Assembly (NCBI RefSeq): GCF_964355755.1
Contig: NC_092671.1
Location: 18,910,001-18,974,000 of the forward strand
Direction: 5' to 3'
From: Antedon mediterranea
Taxonomy: Eukaryota; Animalia; Echinodermata
Length of the DNA stretch: 64,000 nt
Part shown: in pieces, positions 34,761-47,205 of the stretch
Layout: each line of letters starts with the position of its first letter
Numbering within the stretch: position 1 is the first letter of the stretch
Program-made: the position numbers and the translations under genes
Notes under the pieces: model-generated
The model's input: the letters and a program-made list of their open reading frames with translations, nothing else
What the model was told of the DNA's origin: nothing
The model's database searches: none

Positions 34761-35472
34761 TTATATATTTCACAAAAATGTCTAAATCATGTGCAAATGC
34801 ATCGATACTGTATTTACTTAACTATCAGTCTTTCCACCTTGCGTAAGCAACACACTTTTTAAAACGACCACACATCGTAAGAAACCATCTCTGTTTAAGG
34901 GACCGCTTCTCATAATCGACCACCACCTCTCGTAAGCGACCACCTCTTTTAACGACCACACCTCTCGTAAATTACCACCTCTTTTAACCACGACCTCTTT
35001 CTCACCGTTTCTCATAATCGACCATCCATACCATTACAACGACCTCTCGAAAATGACCGCCTCTATTGAACGACCATGGTCGATTATGAGAAGTGGTCCC
35101 TTAACAGAGACGGTGGTCGTTCAATCGAGGTGGTAATTTTCGAGAGGGTGCTGTGACGAAAGATGGTCGATTATGAGAAGCGGTCCTTTAACAGAGGTGG
35201 GGCGGATTGCAATATAAAGACTTAGGCTTAGATCTAAGCCTAATCCCCTCGCGAAAGTCTTAGTCAAGCCTCTCAGCAAAGTCGATTGTAATATAGCGGT
35301 CTTAACTGAGACTTTATTAGTAAATAATTTCAAACAATCAAACCAGCCTATAGTTACCGACAAATGAGGGAGCTATACCAACAAGTGCAAATAGAGTAAT
35401 TTAAACAATAAGGAGTAGCGACAAGCTCCTCAGTAGGACATATTAAGGCCATTTTAATGCATGAATGGACAC

Positions 35473-36308
35473 TGTACTGATTTCTAATCAGTAGGTTAAG
35501 TTGTATAGCGCCATCGTGCGGGTCCTTTTGGACAGATATGAGAACGTGATAATTAATTGTTTGTTTAGAGGACATAATAATCAACAAAGTTGTTATGTTG
35601 AATTTGAGCTACGATACCGGAACCGGTAATGCTTTGTTATAGATGTATTTAGCTTTAGTTATGATACAGTTAATATTCGTGACTCCTTCTTGCTTAGGCA
35701 GATTGGCATTATTTAGATGGCGAGGTCGTTTAGACTCGCCGCCTAGAGCATGGAGGGTTGGAGTGGCATGGCCGGAGCAGGTTGTCATGGGTGTCGCTGT
35801 TCTGTGGAGCCCACTTTTATGCCCTCAGTTGTTTGTTTACATTGTTTATTTAAATTGTTATTTACTGATTATTATCATTACGTTTACTGATAGCAGAATG
35901 ATTGTAGAAGTTATGATGTGAACTTTAAGATTACTTTATAGTTATTTAGTCTATTTAAGACATGCAGATTTGCATCATGTATCACACAGTTAGCTGCACG
36001 TCATGGTGTGTTGTGCACATCTGAGCGGTCGTTCCGCTTGACGAAGCATAGATTACGTCATATACAGTATGGTTGAGATACGTCATTGTTCTCTTCCTAA
36101 GATTTAATGTTGTATTTACCTCAGTTTGAGGTTGTATTTGCTGATTGCTATTACTTGTTTGTTTTCAGTAATTTACGGCTAGAGGCTAGGAGGCTAGAGG
36201 CTAGAGATTAGAGGTTAGAGATAAATGAAGAAATAAAGGCTGTAATACAGCATAAATGAGCCAGTAAATTCGTCGGTAGCGTTTCATTCTTAAGTACGTG
36301 TACTTACA
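35473..36308 (+). repeat. 5' LTR (836 bp)
   Basis: TGTACTGA...TACTTACA, with AATAAA near the end. Direct repeat of 41723-42551. Confidence 0.95.
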
Positions 36309-36352
36309 GTAAATTACGGAGGTATTTCAACCAATCCTGAAAGTGAAGCAAG

Positions 36353-37438
36353 ATGCCCGCTAGCACATCTGATCAAAAGGACAAGCTGAAACACTCCAGA
36401 AGAGTAAAAAGGGGAGCATTCACTAGAGCCTTAAATGTATTAAAAGCAGCGACAGCTGAAGAAAATGAGAAGGAAGTAGTAGAGAATGCTCTTGAAAGAC
36501 TGCTAAATGCGTCTAATGGAGTAGAACAAGTTCATGATGCACTCGTTGCAATACTTGACACTGAACCTGAATTAGAAGAAGCAGAAACGTATATTGAAAT
36601 TGTGTTATTAGAGTTCACACAAGGTCTGCAAATAGGGAAAAAATATTTAGCAGATATCAAGGCAAGGGAGACATCAGTGGTGGATACTACTACCAGCAAC
36701 AGGGAGGATGATGACCGAAACGTAAGCAGCAATGCAATTGCGAAATTCCTAATGAAGAAAGATTTGATCAGCAATGGTTTGATTAAATTTGATGACAGTC
36801 CATTAAATTACAGATCATGGATGGGTACGTTTAAGGCAATTGTCAAAGAGCTATCCTTGAGTGCACGAGAAGAGTGTGATTTGATGATTAAATGGCTAGG
36901 TCCTGAATCGAGGAAAATAGTAATGAGGTTAAGGGCGGTTCATCTAGACAACCCTGAAAATGGCCTAAAGGACATGTGGAAACGCTTGAATGAAGAGTAT
37001 GGTGCCCCAGAGTTGATTGAGAGTGTTCTATTAAAGAAATTAGAAACCTTCCCGAGGATCAAAGATGACCATCAGCTGAAGGAAATGTCAGACCTGTTAA
37101 GGGAAATTGAAGTAGCGAAATCAGATAAAAGACTACCAGGATTGGCCTGCTTTGATACCGCAAGGGGTGTCAATATGGTGACAGAAAAACTATCATACCA
37201 ACTACAAGACCGGTGGCGTACAACCGGAGCAAGGTATAAAGCCGATAAAGATGTGTCGTTCCCGCCATTCAATGTTTTTGTAGAGTTTGTTGCAAAAGAG
37301 GCCAAGGTACGTAACGACCCGTCATTTCAGATTACATCTGCATCAAAAAGCCGTGATAGCCATAAGGGAAATAAATCTGGTGATTCTGCAAGAGCTTATA
37401 GTACTCAGTCCAAGCAGAAAAAGGTGTTTTTGTTGTGA
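36353..37438 (+). CDS. BEL/Pao gag (N-terminal part)
   Basis: 361-aa ORF with KFDDSPLNYRSW, LNEEYG, FVEFV. It leaves frame before the zinc knuckles. Confidence 0.85.
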   Translation: MPASTSDQKDKLKHSRRVKRGAFTRALNVLKAATAEENEKEVVENALERLLNASNGVEQVHDALVAILDTEPELEEAETYIEIVLLEFTQGLQIGKKYLADIKARETSVVDTTTSNREDDDRNVSSNAIAKFLMKKDLISNGLIKFDDSPLNYRSWMGTFKAIVKELSLSAREECDLMIKWLGPESRKIVMRLRAVHLDNPENGLKDMWKRLNEEYGAPELIESVLLKKLETFPRIKDDHQLKEMSDLLREIEVAKSDKRLPGLACFDTARGVNMVTEKLSYQLQDRWRTTGARYKADKDVSFPPFNVFVEFVAKEAKVRNDPSFQITSASKSRDSHKGNKSGDSARAYSTQSKQKKVFLL

Positions 37439-40307
37439 CGGAAATCACACAGTGGAAGGATGTGATAAATTTAAGGGTTTAGAATTGAAACAGCGAGAAG
37501 AGCTAATAAGAAGGAAAGGATTATGTAGAGGTTGCTTGAAAAAAGGGCACATATGGAGAGAATGTAAGTGCCGAAGGATTTGTGATATATGTAAAGGCGA
37601 GCACCCCACTATCATGCATAGATTTTCAAACAGTACTGCTGAACCACCTGTAGTATCTTCGAACAGTGCAGCTGAACCACCTGTAGTATCTTCAAACAGC
37701 GCAGATAAACCACCTGTAGTATCTTCAAACAATTTGTGCAGCAATACATGTGACAATGAACAGTGTTGCTCTTCAATAGTGCCTGTGTGGATTGAATATG
37801 AGAAACAGGAAAGCATAACATACGCCCTCCTTGATGAGCAGTCAGACTCCTGTTTTATCTCAGCAAAACTTGCACAAGAATTAAAAACCAAGGGTGTCCG
37901 CATACAACTGGAAATATCAACAGTACTTACAAAGGGATGTGTTACTTCGGAGAAGATAAATGGTTTGAAGGTGAGAGGACTTAAAGAAGGGAAAACTATA
38001 AGTTTACCAGCAGCCTATACTCGGGATTCCATACCTGTATCAAGACACCAGATTCCTACTCCAAACTCAGTGAATGGTTGGCAACATCTACAGAAAATAA
38101 AAAATGACTTAAGTCCACTTCTTGATATTGAAGTTGGTCTAATAATAGGCCACAATTGTTCTAGTGCACTGATGCCAAGGGAAGTGGTACAAGGTAATCA
38201 TGACGAAGATCCGTATGCGATTAAGACCTTATTAGGATGGGGTGTGGTAGGTGTCATTAAGGCACGGAAGGGAGAACCCACCAACAATGTGAAGCAATTC
38301 TCCTTCAAAACAACTACTAAAGAAGTAATAAAGGTGCTGGAAAGAGATTTCTTGGATGATCGTATAAATGGAAAAATGATATCAGTCGAGGACACAAAAT
38401 TCTTGAACGCTATGCAAAAAGGATGCAGAACAGAAAATGGACATATCCAACTGCCATTACCATTTAAATTGGAAATTCCCAAGTTGCCTAACAACAAAGT
38501 AGCTGTTGGTAAGAGGTTAATTCAGCTGAGACACAAAATGATAAAACAGCCATCATTCGCTGCAAAATATAAAGAGTTTATGACTAGTATCATAGACAAA
38601 GGTCAGGCAGAAAAGGTACCTACAGAAGAACTTGTGTGTGGGTGTGAAAACGTATGGTATATTCCACATCATGGAATATTTCACCCTAAAAAGCCAGAAA
38701 AATTGAGGGTAGTTATGGACTGTGCATCACGCTACCAAGGTATATCCCTAAACGATATGTTACTCACTGGTCCAAATTTAACTAACAATCTAGTGGGTGT
38801 GATGCTAAGGTTCAGACAAGATCGCATAGCAGTCGTTGGCGATGTTGAAGGAATGTTCCATCGGGTCTTAGTGGCGCCGGAGCATCGAAACTTTTTGAGG
38901 TTCTTGTGGTGGCAACATGGTCATTTAAATGAAGAGCCCACTGATTACCGAATGCTCGTTCACGTTTTTGGAGCGGCTTCATCTCCTGGCTGTGCCAACT
39001 ATGGATTTAAAAAAGTAGCAGATTTGTATGAAAACGAGTATGGGACTGATGCTGCTGAATTCGTCCGCAGAGGATTCTACGTGGATGATGGCTTAAAGGC
39101 TGTTCCAACGATCGATGCTGCTATCAGTTTGATAAAGAGAACTGTGGATATGCTTAGCAGAGGCGGCTTTAGGTTGCACAAATTTCTCTCTAATTCTCCA
39201 GAGGTATTGAAGTCCTTACCCGCCACGTCAATTGCTTCCAAAGTAAACCAGTTGGACTTGAGTGATCTTCCTACAGAGCGGACGTTGGGTATATTGTGGA
39301 ATGCAGCGGAAGATACCTTTACATTTGAAGCCAATTTGAGAAATAAGCCATCAACTAGAAGAGGTATTCTGTCTACGGTGAGTGCTATATTTGACCCTCT
39401 TGGGTTTGTTGGTCCTTACGTTCTGTTGGGTAAACGCATATTGCAGGAGATTTGTGCTGGTGGTGCTGAATGGGATCATCCGGTTGGTGAAGAAACCCTT
39501 AGATCATGGGAAGAATGGAAAAAGCAATTGGTGTACTTGAAAGACGTCAGTATTGAAAGATGTTATAAGCCAATAAGCAATAGAAATTCAGAAATTGTAT
39601 CCACCGAGCTACACCATTTTAGTGATGCGAGCGAGAAAGGATACGGTCAGTGTTCATACTTACGACTTGTTGATAAAGAAGGTAAAGTGAAGACATCACT
39701 CTTAATTAGCAAATGCCGTGTAGCTCCTAAGAGAATGATAACTATACCAAGGTTGGAACTGGCAGCTGCAGTGGTATCGGTTAAGGTTGCATCCATGCTG
39801 AAAGAAGAGATAGAGTATCCGAACGTCACTGAGTATTTCTGGACTGACAGCCAAGTAGTCATTGGATATATTAATAATGAAGCGAAAAGGTTTAACACCT
39901 TTGTAGCTAATAGGGTGCAACAAATTCACGATGCGAGCACTAGTGGTCAGTGGCACTACGTAAGCAGTGAGGATAATCCCGCTGATATTGCATCACGTGG
40001 AATGGATGCTGAGAAATTGAGAGATTGCGAGAGGTGGTGGCATGGACCAGCTTTCTTAAACCGTGAAAAATATACAATCAACCAGTTACATATTGAAATA
40101 AAAGATGACGATGTGGAAGTAAGGCAAGCTAAGGTGTTTGCAACACAAGTGAAAACTGAACTGATCCCAGACATGTTAAGAAGAACTTCCAGTTGGCACA
40201 AGGTACGACAAATACTTGCAAGGTGTTTAATCTTTATTTATAAATTAAGAGGATGGAAGCGATCCGGAGAAGTTACGGTAGAAGACCTAACTAGAAGTGA
40301 AAATTGA
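37287..40307 (+). CDS. BEL/Pao polyprotein: zinc knuckles, protease, RT, RNase H
   Basis: CFCCDGNH, CRGCLKKGH, CDICKGEH, ALLDEQS, WYIPHHG, LRVVMDC, FYVDD, FDPLG, HHFSDAS, TIPRLEL, WTDS, NPADIASRG. Confidence 0.92.
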   Translation: MLQKRPRYVTTRHFRLHLHQKAVIAIREINLVILQELIVLSPSRKRCFCCDGNHTVEGCDKFKGLELKQREELIRRKGLCRGCLKKGHIWRECKCRRICDICKGEHPTIMHRFSNSTAEPPVVSSNSAAEPPVVSSNSADKPPVVSSNNLCSNTCDNEQCCSSIVPVWIEYEKQESITYALLDEQSDSCFISAKLAQELKTKGVRIQLEISTVLTKGCVTSEKINGLKVRGLKEGKTISLPAAYTRDSIPVSRHQIPTPNSVNGWQHLQKIKNDLSPLLDIEVGLIIGHNCSSALMPREVVQGNHDEDPYAIKTLLGWGVVGVIKARKGEPTNNVKQFSFKTTTKEVIKVLERDFLDDRINGKMISVEDTKFLNAMQKGCRTENGHIQLPLPFKLEIPKLPNNKVAVGKRLIQLRHKMIKQPSFAAKYKEFMTSIIDKGQAEKVPTEELVCGCENVWYIPHHGIFHPKKPEKLRVVMDCASRYQGISLNDMLLTGPNLTNNLVGVMLRFRQDRIAVVGDVEGMFHRVLVAPEHRNFLRFLWWQHGHLNEEPTDYRMLVHVFGAASSPGCANYGFKKVADLYENEYGTDAAEFVRRGFYVDDGLKAVPTIDAAISLIKRTVDMLSRGGFRLHKFLSNSPEVLKSLPATSIASKVNQLDLSDLPTERTLGILWNAAEDTFTFEANLRNKPSTRRGILSTVSAIFDPLGFVGPYVLLGKRILQEICAGGAEWDHPVGEETLRSWEEWKKQLVYLKDVSIERCYKPISNRNSEIVSTELHHFSDASEKGYGQCSYLRLVDKEGKVKTSLLISKCRVAPKRMITIPRLELAAAVVSVKVASMLKEEIEYPNVTEYFWTDSQVVIGYINNEAKRFNTFVANRVQQIHDASTSGQWHYVSSEDNPADIASRGMDAEKLRDCERWWHGPAFLNREKYTINQLHIEIKDDDVEVRQAKVFATQVKTELIPDMLRRTSSWHKVRQILARCLIFIYKLRGWKRSGEVTVEDLTRSEN
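37628..37730 (+). repeat. 33-bp in-frame tandem repeat, 3 copies (NSxAEPPVVSS)
   Basis: aaccacctgtagtatcttc recurs with 33-bp period. Confidence 0.9.
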
Positions 40308-41599
40308 TAATTAAAGCTGTGCAATACAATGAATGGAAGGATTTGAATGCGCTGGTGAAGTTAGACCCAGTCGTAGACAACGATGGATTGCTGCGTGTAG
40401 GAGGTCGTTTAAAGAAAACTAATCTACCAGAAGAAATTAAACATCCAGTAATCATCCCTGCAAAAAGTGATTTAACCCGATTAATAGTCAGTCATTACCA
40501 TAATCAAGTGTACCACCAAGGTAGAGGGATTACTCTTAATGCGGTGCGAGTTGCTGGGTTCTGGATGATAGGTGGCGTGGCATCTGTCTCAAGATATATT
40601 CACGACTGCACAGTATGTCGTCGACTTAGACGACCTACAGAACTCCAGCGTATGGCAGATCTACCAGTCGAAAGAGCCGAGGCAGGTCCTGCCTTTAGTT
40701 ACTGCGGCGTAGACTTCTTTGGGCCGATCATTGTATAAAATGGTAGAAAGGAACTTAAGCGCTATGGTGTGCTATTTACATGTTTGGTGTCTCGAAGTGT
40801 GCACCTGGAGATAGCCAGCTCGTTATCGACAGATTCCTTTATGAATGCCTTTCGGCGATTTTTATGTAGGAGAGGACCCGTCAGACAAATGAGGTCCGAC
40901 CAAGGAACCAATTTTATTGGTGCCACAAGAGAGCTGAAGGAAGCAGTAAAGGAGATGGATCAAGAGGCAATTCGCATAAATATGCTAAGGTTAAATTGTG
41001 ATTGGAAATTTAACACACCCACTGCAAGCCATCACGGAGGAGCTTGAGAGCGTATGATCAGAACAACCAGAAACATTTTAGATAGCTTAATGCTTCAGCA
41101 TAAGGCGTTATTGAATGATGACATGCTGAGCACATTTATGACAGAAGCAGAAGCAATAATTAACAGCAGACCTTTATGTGCTACTAACGATGCATCTTTA
41201 GAACCGTTGACACCATTTCACTTGTTAACGATGAAAAGCAGTGCGGTGTATGCTCCGCCAGGAAACTTCAAAAGGGACGGGAAGTTTAGCCGGAAGCTCT
41301 GGAGAAGAGTCCAGCATCTGGCGGATACGTTTTGGAGTAGATGGCGAAAAGAATATATTATCAATTTACAGCAAAGACAGAAGTGGACTAAGAAGAAAAG
41401 AAACATAAGCATTGGAGATATTGTACTTTTGTATGAAGAAGGTGTCCCGAGAAATCATTGGGAGCTTGCTCGAGTTACCAATACCAAGCCGAGTGATGAT
41501 GGTTTAGTGAGAAGCGTCACTGTCTTCGTTGGATGAAGAAGAACAACATTGGATAGGCCAGTAACCAAGATTGTGTTGTTGGTTCCTAAAGATCAGTAA
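40304..41599 (+). pseudogene. BEL/Pao integrase with a frameshift and premature stops
   Basis: LRVGGRL, HHCC (H..H..CTVC), GVDFFGP, SDQGTNF, HGGA*ERMI, FWSRWRKEY, DDGLVRSV, LDRPVTKIVLL. Stops end at 40738, 41047 and 41536. Confidence 0.88.
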
Positions 41600-41722
41600 T
41601 CTAACACTGCATTTGTAGAAATTATATAATTTAGTAATTGTTTGAATGTTACTTTATTTATTATTGATAATTACCATTGTTTAATTTGTTTGTTAGAAAT
41701 TGTAGTCAATTTATGGGAGGCC

Positions 41723-42551
41723 TGTACTGATTTCTAATCAGTAGGTTAATTTGTATAGCGCCATCGTGCGGGTCCTTTTGGACAGATATGAGAACGTGAT
41801 AATTAATTGTTTGTTTAGAGGACATAATAATCAACAAAGTTGTTATGTTGAATTTGAGCTACGATACCGGAACCGGTAATGCTTTGTTATAGATGTATTT
41901 AGCTTTAGTTATGATACAGTTAATATTCGTGACTCCTTCTTGCTTAGGCAGATTGGCATTATTTAGATGGCGAGGTCGTTTAGACTCGCCGCCTAGAGCA
42001 TGGAGGGTTGGAGTGGCATGGCCGGAGCAGGTTGTCATGGGTGTCGCTGTTCTGTGGAGCCCACTTTTATGCCCTCAGTTGTTTGTTTACATTGTTTATT
42101 TAAATTGTTATTTACTGATTATTATCATTACGTTTACTGATAGCAGAATGATTGTAGAAGTTATGATGTGAACTTTAAGATTACTTTATAGTTATTTAGT
42201 CTATTTAAGACATGCAGATTTGCATCATGTATCACACAGTTAGCTGCACGTCATGGTGTGTTGTGCACATCTGAGCGGTCGTTCCGCTTGACGAAGCATA
42301 GATTACGTCATATACAGTATGGTTGAGATACGTCATTGTTCTCTTCCTAAGATTTAATGTTGTATTTACCTCAGTTTGAGGTTGTATTTGCTGATTGCTA
42401 TTACTTGTTTGTTTTCAGTAATTTACGGCTAGAGGCTAGGAGGCTAGAGATTAGAGGTTAGAGATAAATGAAGAAATAAAGGCTGTAATACAGCATAAAT
42501 GAGCCAGTAAATTCGTCGGTAGCGTTTCATTCTTAAGTACGTGTACTTACA
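41723..42551 (+). repeat. 3' LTR (829 bp)
   Basis: By eye it differs from the 5' LTR by one substitution (ttaaGttg/ttaaTttg) and one 7-bp GAGGCTA unit. Confidence 0.95.
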
Positions 42552-43449
42552 GACACACTGCCTATTCAATAGCGTTAAGATTACGTAAATACTAGCAGAT
42601 TTTAGCAAATAATTAAAAATATTGGCAACAAAATTGTATGTAATTTGATAGTAAATATTGGTTAATTAATACATTCTTAAAGTTTACAAACAAATATTTT
42701 AAAAAAATAAATTTTAAATATGCTACTATATGCAGTCTTTTCTTGGTCAAAATAGTGTAGCGCTAGGCCGCGTATGGACAATATGCGTACAGCTTGTTGG
42801 TGCGGTTGTGGACCGCTAATAGTAATTGATCGTCAGGTAGGTGTGGGCCTATATAGATTTTATCTATTGTCTTATAGTTCAATACCCTTTTTCTACACTA
42901 GTATCATAAAATCAATTCACATCAGTATTTAAAGAAGTTAATTTCGCCATGATATTACTAGCTAGCCTAGGAGCGCTCGCGTCGCGCGGTTAGCGCAAGC
43001 CTGCCCGGAGGAGGCTTAGAATCTAAGACCACGGCGCTGAAATTCTAAGACTAGGACTTCTTATTGCAATGGTCTTAAATCTAAGACCATCGTTGCTAAG
43101 GGTTTCATCTTGGGCTTAAGTCTAAGACCGCGGTTAAGACCTTTATTGCAATCCTCCCCTGGTCGCTTACGAGAGGTGGGCAATGATAAGAAGCGGTCTA
43201 TTAACAGAGACGGTGGTCGTTCAATAGAGGCGGTCACTTTCGAGAGGTCGTTGTGATGGGAGATGGTCGATTATGAGAAGCAGTCCCTTACTAAATAAGC
43301 TGTTGGTGTACTTACAAACCTTGAAATTACGTGAAACTGGTGAAGATTGTGAAGAAGCTATTCATATTTATTCATATATCAAATATGTTTTCGCATGAAA
43401 TAAACAAATGTGGCACAAACAATGCACAGATATAATATGTATTTTAGCA

Positions 43450-45650
43450 GACGATACCGAAATGAATCCTAGAATAAAAACTATTCGTGAAAAACCAATA
43501 AAGAAGATTTTAAAAAATACAATAGAATACAATATTTCCTAGGGATGGAAAAATACAACGGTGAAAAAATTCAATGATTAGTGTTATTGATAAGAATGGA
43601 ATAGAATTACATGATGAAAATGATATTATAAGAGAACAAGTTAAATATTATAAGTCCATGTATAGCTCGTCTACTAGTTATGAAGAAATATCGGAACAAT
43701 TTGATAATTTTTCTTATGATATTCAAATTCCTACAGTACAGTTAGTAATACCTTTGCAGAGCACTGCTAAGGGAAATTCAAATCAAATCAATAGAATGTA
43801 AAAAGGCACTAGACGACATGGTCTTAAATAAGAGTCCGGGAATAGACGGACTGTCTGTTGAATTTTACACGTTTTTTTTGGAACGAAATAAGTCACCTTC
43901 TAATTAACAGCCTCAATGAAGCTTAAATTCATGGTGAACTATCACAAACACAAACACGTGGCGTCATTGTGCAGATATTCAAAGGAAAGGGAGACAGTAG
44001 AGACTGTAAAAATTGGCGTCCCCTGACACTCCTCAACATAGACTACAAAATTGCAGTCAAAGCATTAACTAATAGACTACAATACGGGATAAGTGACATA
44101 ATTAGCTCAGATTAAAAAGGATTTATGAAGGGACGCTATATTGGGGACAAAATTGGACGAAGCGAATAGAAAAACTACACAAAATTACCTACCTATGGGA
44201 AAAAGATATCTGTCGTTGAAAGTTAAAGTGGTAATTATTAAATCACTGCTGATATCCCAAATTTTATTTACAATTATGGTCCTCGATGTACCGCAATGGG
44301 TTAATAAAGCTATAAAAAATACTATATACATTTGTATGGGGATGAAAAAAGAAAAAAGTTAAACGGACTACGGTTATTGGAAACAACATACATATAGGTC
44401 TAGATATAGTCCATGTACCTACTATAATAACTATCTTTAAAATCAATTGGATCAAAAGAATTGTTAACGATTAAATAGCAGCATGGAAAACCATACCACT
44501 GTCAATAATATCAGGTATTGCACCGAATCTCGTCTTTCTATTTCAATTCCTTTGCATCACAACTCTATATAACTTTAGAGACGCAAAGAAAAGAATTTTA
44601 TGTTAAGTGTTTGTTATGTTGGTATGAACTTTAAACTCCCAAGAATACAATTGAAGTTGGTATGCCTGCAAACGAGATTATTTGGTGCAATTCTTGCATT
44701 ACATGAAAATAGGAAACTGTATTTTAAAAAGGATAGAAAACGGGATTGTTTATGTCAAAGATCTTTTTAATAAAGATGCAACATTAATTTAAGTCTTTTT
44801 CACAACCTAAAGAAGTGGTGCAAAGAAAAGAATCTTTCACCATAGAATACTTTATGCTTTTAAGGCAATTCCAAAAGAGTGGATAACTATAACCAAAATT
44901 GTGACCAAGTACTTAATTCCCCTAGAGTCACTAACTAATTTATTAATAAGGTATGAATATATAAATATTTCAAACCACAAGCAGTCAAATGTACTGGCAT
45001 CACCGCTTCAAATTTTACGAATTTAATTGGGATGATATTTGGAACAATCTATGCATAGTCTCCCAATACCCTAGAGTATTCTCTACAAACTGGGAAATCC
45101 TGAATAAATGTTACAAACATTTTACTGAAATAATGGGAATAATTGAAGATCATTTTTGTAACTTCTGTAATGCACAATTGATAGACAATATAGAACATTA
45201 TTTATATCCCAGAGTCTCCTGTTTATGGGATGAACTTAGACGAAATATAATGATAAATATAGAGTTAGAAACATGTTATGTTTGGATTTTACGCACAAAG
45301 AATGAATTGTAAATATATAAATAAAATTATATTTATTGCAAAATTCTCAATATGTAATAATAATAATTGAAGATCATTTTTGTAACTTCCGTAATGCACA
45401 CTTGATAGACAATATAGAACATTATTTATATCCCAGAGTCTCCTGTTTATGGGATGAACTTAGACGAAATATAATGATAAATATAGAGTTAGAAACATGT
45501 TATGTTTGGATTTTACGCACAAAGAATGAATTGTAAATATATAAATAAAATTATATTTATTGCAAAATTCTCAATATGTAAATTTAAACACAATAACCAT
45601 AAAAACAATCTTATTAATGTCTTCATAATGAACTAATCACAAAGATTGGT
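43450..45650 (+). mobile_element. Tx1/L1-clade LINE ORF2 remnant
   Basis: NKSPGIDGLSVEFY, KNWRPLTLLNIDYKI, GFMKGRYIG, KVVIIKSLLISQ, C..C...IEH zinc finger. Stops and deletions throughout. Confidence 0.85.
45138..45581 (+). repeat. ~225-bp tandem duplication
   Basis: aataattgaagatcattttt...ctcaatatgtaa occurs twice, nearly identical; it gives the duplicated ORF tails at 44989 and 45336. Confidence 0.9.
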
Positions 45651-46239
45651 AACATAATATACGACATTTTATGTCGTTAAATATTTTAGGCTTTTTATCA
45701 TATGGGGTTTTTTTTTCTTTGATTCACTTAAAATTCATGCAACATTCGCTATGTTTCATGTAAATTTTATGTAACAATAAAGCAAAAGAAACTCTGTTGA
45801 AAAGTGGATTTATTTAAAATAAAAAGCAATGTTAAATGAAAACATTTTGTTAGTTTAAATAGCTAGTAAGTAGTAATTTTTAGTTAAAAGAGTATGCATT
45901 GTTAATTGAATATATGTTTGATCGAAACAAATGCAACTGTAATAGTGAATGGGAATGTGTGGAGAGATAAGAAGAGATTATATGTATAAAAAGAGGAAAT
46001 CAGTACTTACTTTTTTTTTTTTATTATATAAGAATAGATAAAAACAAAAAAATAATGATAATATGTTACGAAATGAATACAACTAATTGTTTTAATCAGA
46101 TGAAAAAAAGCAAACATTGTTAATAGAATATTAGATGTTAATTTGGATGGATTTATTGAAAATAAAATGTATTAATAGAAAAATAAATGTAAAACTACTG
46201 AGAAACGGAAATTTAACAAATAAAGAAGTCTAATCAATG

Positions 46240-47205
46240 TTCACTTCCAAGTTACTTATGGGTTGCACCTAATTCCAGAGTAATGTTAATTAAAAATGTT
46301 GATGTAAGTAAGAGAATGACAAATGGATGTATGGGAAATGTTACAGAAATAACTCAACCTGATGAACATTCTAAACCAACATCAATAAAAAATTTAAAAT
46401 AAAACAATTTAATAACCAAGTTGATATACAGCCTATTGAAATGTACCAAGAATCTAAGGGACAAAATATAATCGCCAAAAATTTCCGTGCACAAAGTACA
46501 GAGAATGACAATGAATAAGACTGTTTTCAATCTTAAAAATACATTTTTGTCTGGACAAGCTTATGTAGGTTTAAGTCGTGTTACATCTTTAACGGGTCTC
46601 TATATTGAAAACTTTGATCCCAAACATATACGTTGTGACCCAACAATCAAAACATGCTTTAAGCAATATGACATTTTGACAACCGAATGAACATTTATTG
46701 TACTGTAAATTTCAATGTTGCATAACATACATGGCTTGAGACAAAATTTAGCCGACTTAAAATGTAATACATATTTCGCCAATTCAGATTTTATTTGTTT
46801 TACATACACCTGGATTAATGACAACGATATCAGTAATATTTGTAAGGATATTTCAAATTGTATCACCAGCCAAGGTGTCCATCATATGCTAATGACAACA
46901 CAATCACTTCGGAATTAAAAAATAAGTAACAAGGTGGTACTGTATACCAAAAATAAATATTGTAGTAATAGTAATTTTAAAAATATTGAATTCATTTCCT
47001 TTATGGTAACATCCCCAATGTCTGTTATTATTAGGCCTACAGTTATCAAGAAATTCTGTAACGTTCTTGAAAACCTATTGGAAGCAATACATGGGTACAA
47101 AATGCATTATAATGGGTGATTTCAATGAAGATTTGTTGAAAGGTACATCCCATGTTAATAACCTACTGGCTAAACACAATTATCTACAGCTAATACAATC
47201 CAGAG
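46240..47205 (+). mobile_element. Helentron remnant: PIF1-like helicase C-terminus fused to an APE endonuclease
   Basis: RVMLIKNVDVS..MTNGCMG, VHKVQ.MT, GQAYVGLSRVTSL.GL, followed by LHNIHGL, DFICFT.TW and IMGDFNEDLL. Confidence 0.82.

Larger units (their letters stand above)
35473..42551 (+). mobile_element. BEL/Pao LTR retrotransposon, structurally complete, recent insertion
   Basis: Two TG...CA LTRs, 5-bp TSD GACAC (35468-35472 and 42552-42556), PPT-like GGGAGG before the 3' LTR, domain order gag-PR-RT-RH-IN. Confidence 0.96.
35200..43158. mobile_element. PIF/Harbinger-like MITE (~0.87 kb: 35200-35472 + 42557-43158), split by the LTR element
   Basis: TIRs GGGCGGATTGCAATA..AAG and CTTTATTGCAATCCTCCC, subterminal ctaagac/cttag repeats, imperfect 3-bp TSD GTG/CTG. 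Confidence 0.65.
34820..43290. mobile_element. Palindromic MITE built of gaccacctct/agaggtggtc repeats; only 34820-35199 and 43159-43290 belong to it
   Basis: Repeat orientation flips at cgaccatggtcg (~35071-35082). The same repeats resume right after the nested insertions. Confidence 0.6.

Noticed and set aside
35643-42171. Identical 92-aa hydrophobic ORFs at 35643 and 41893 as an env or membrane gene
   Set aside because: They are identical only because they lie in the two LTRs, and they show no recognisable motif.
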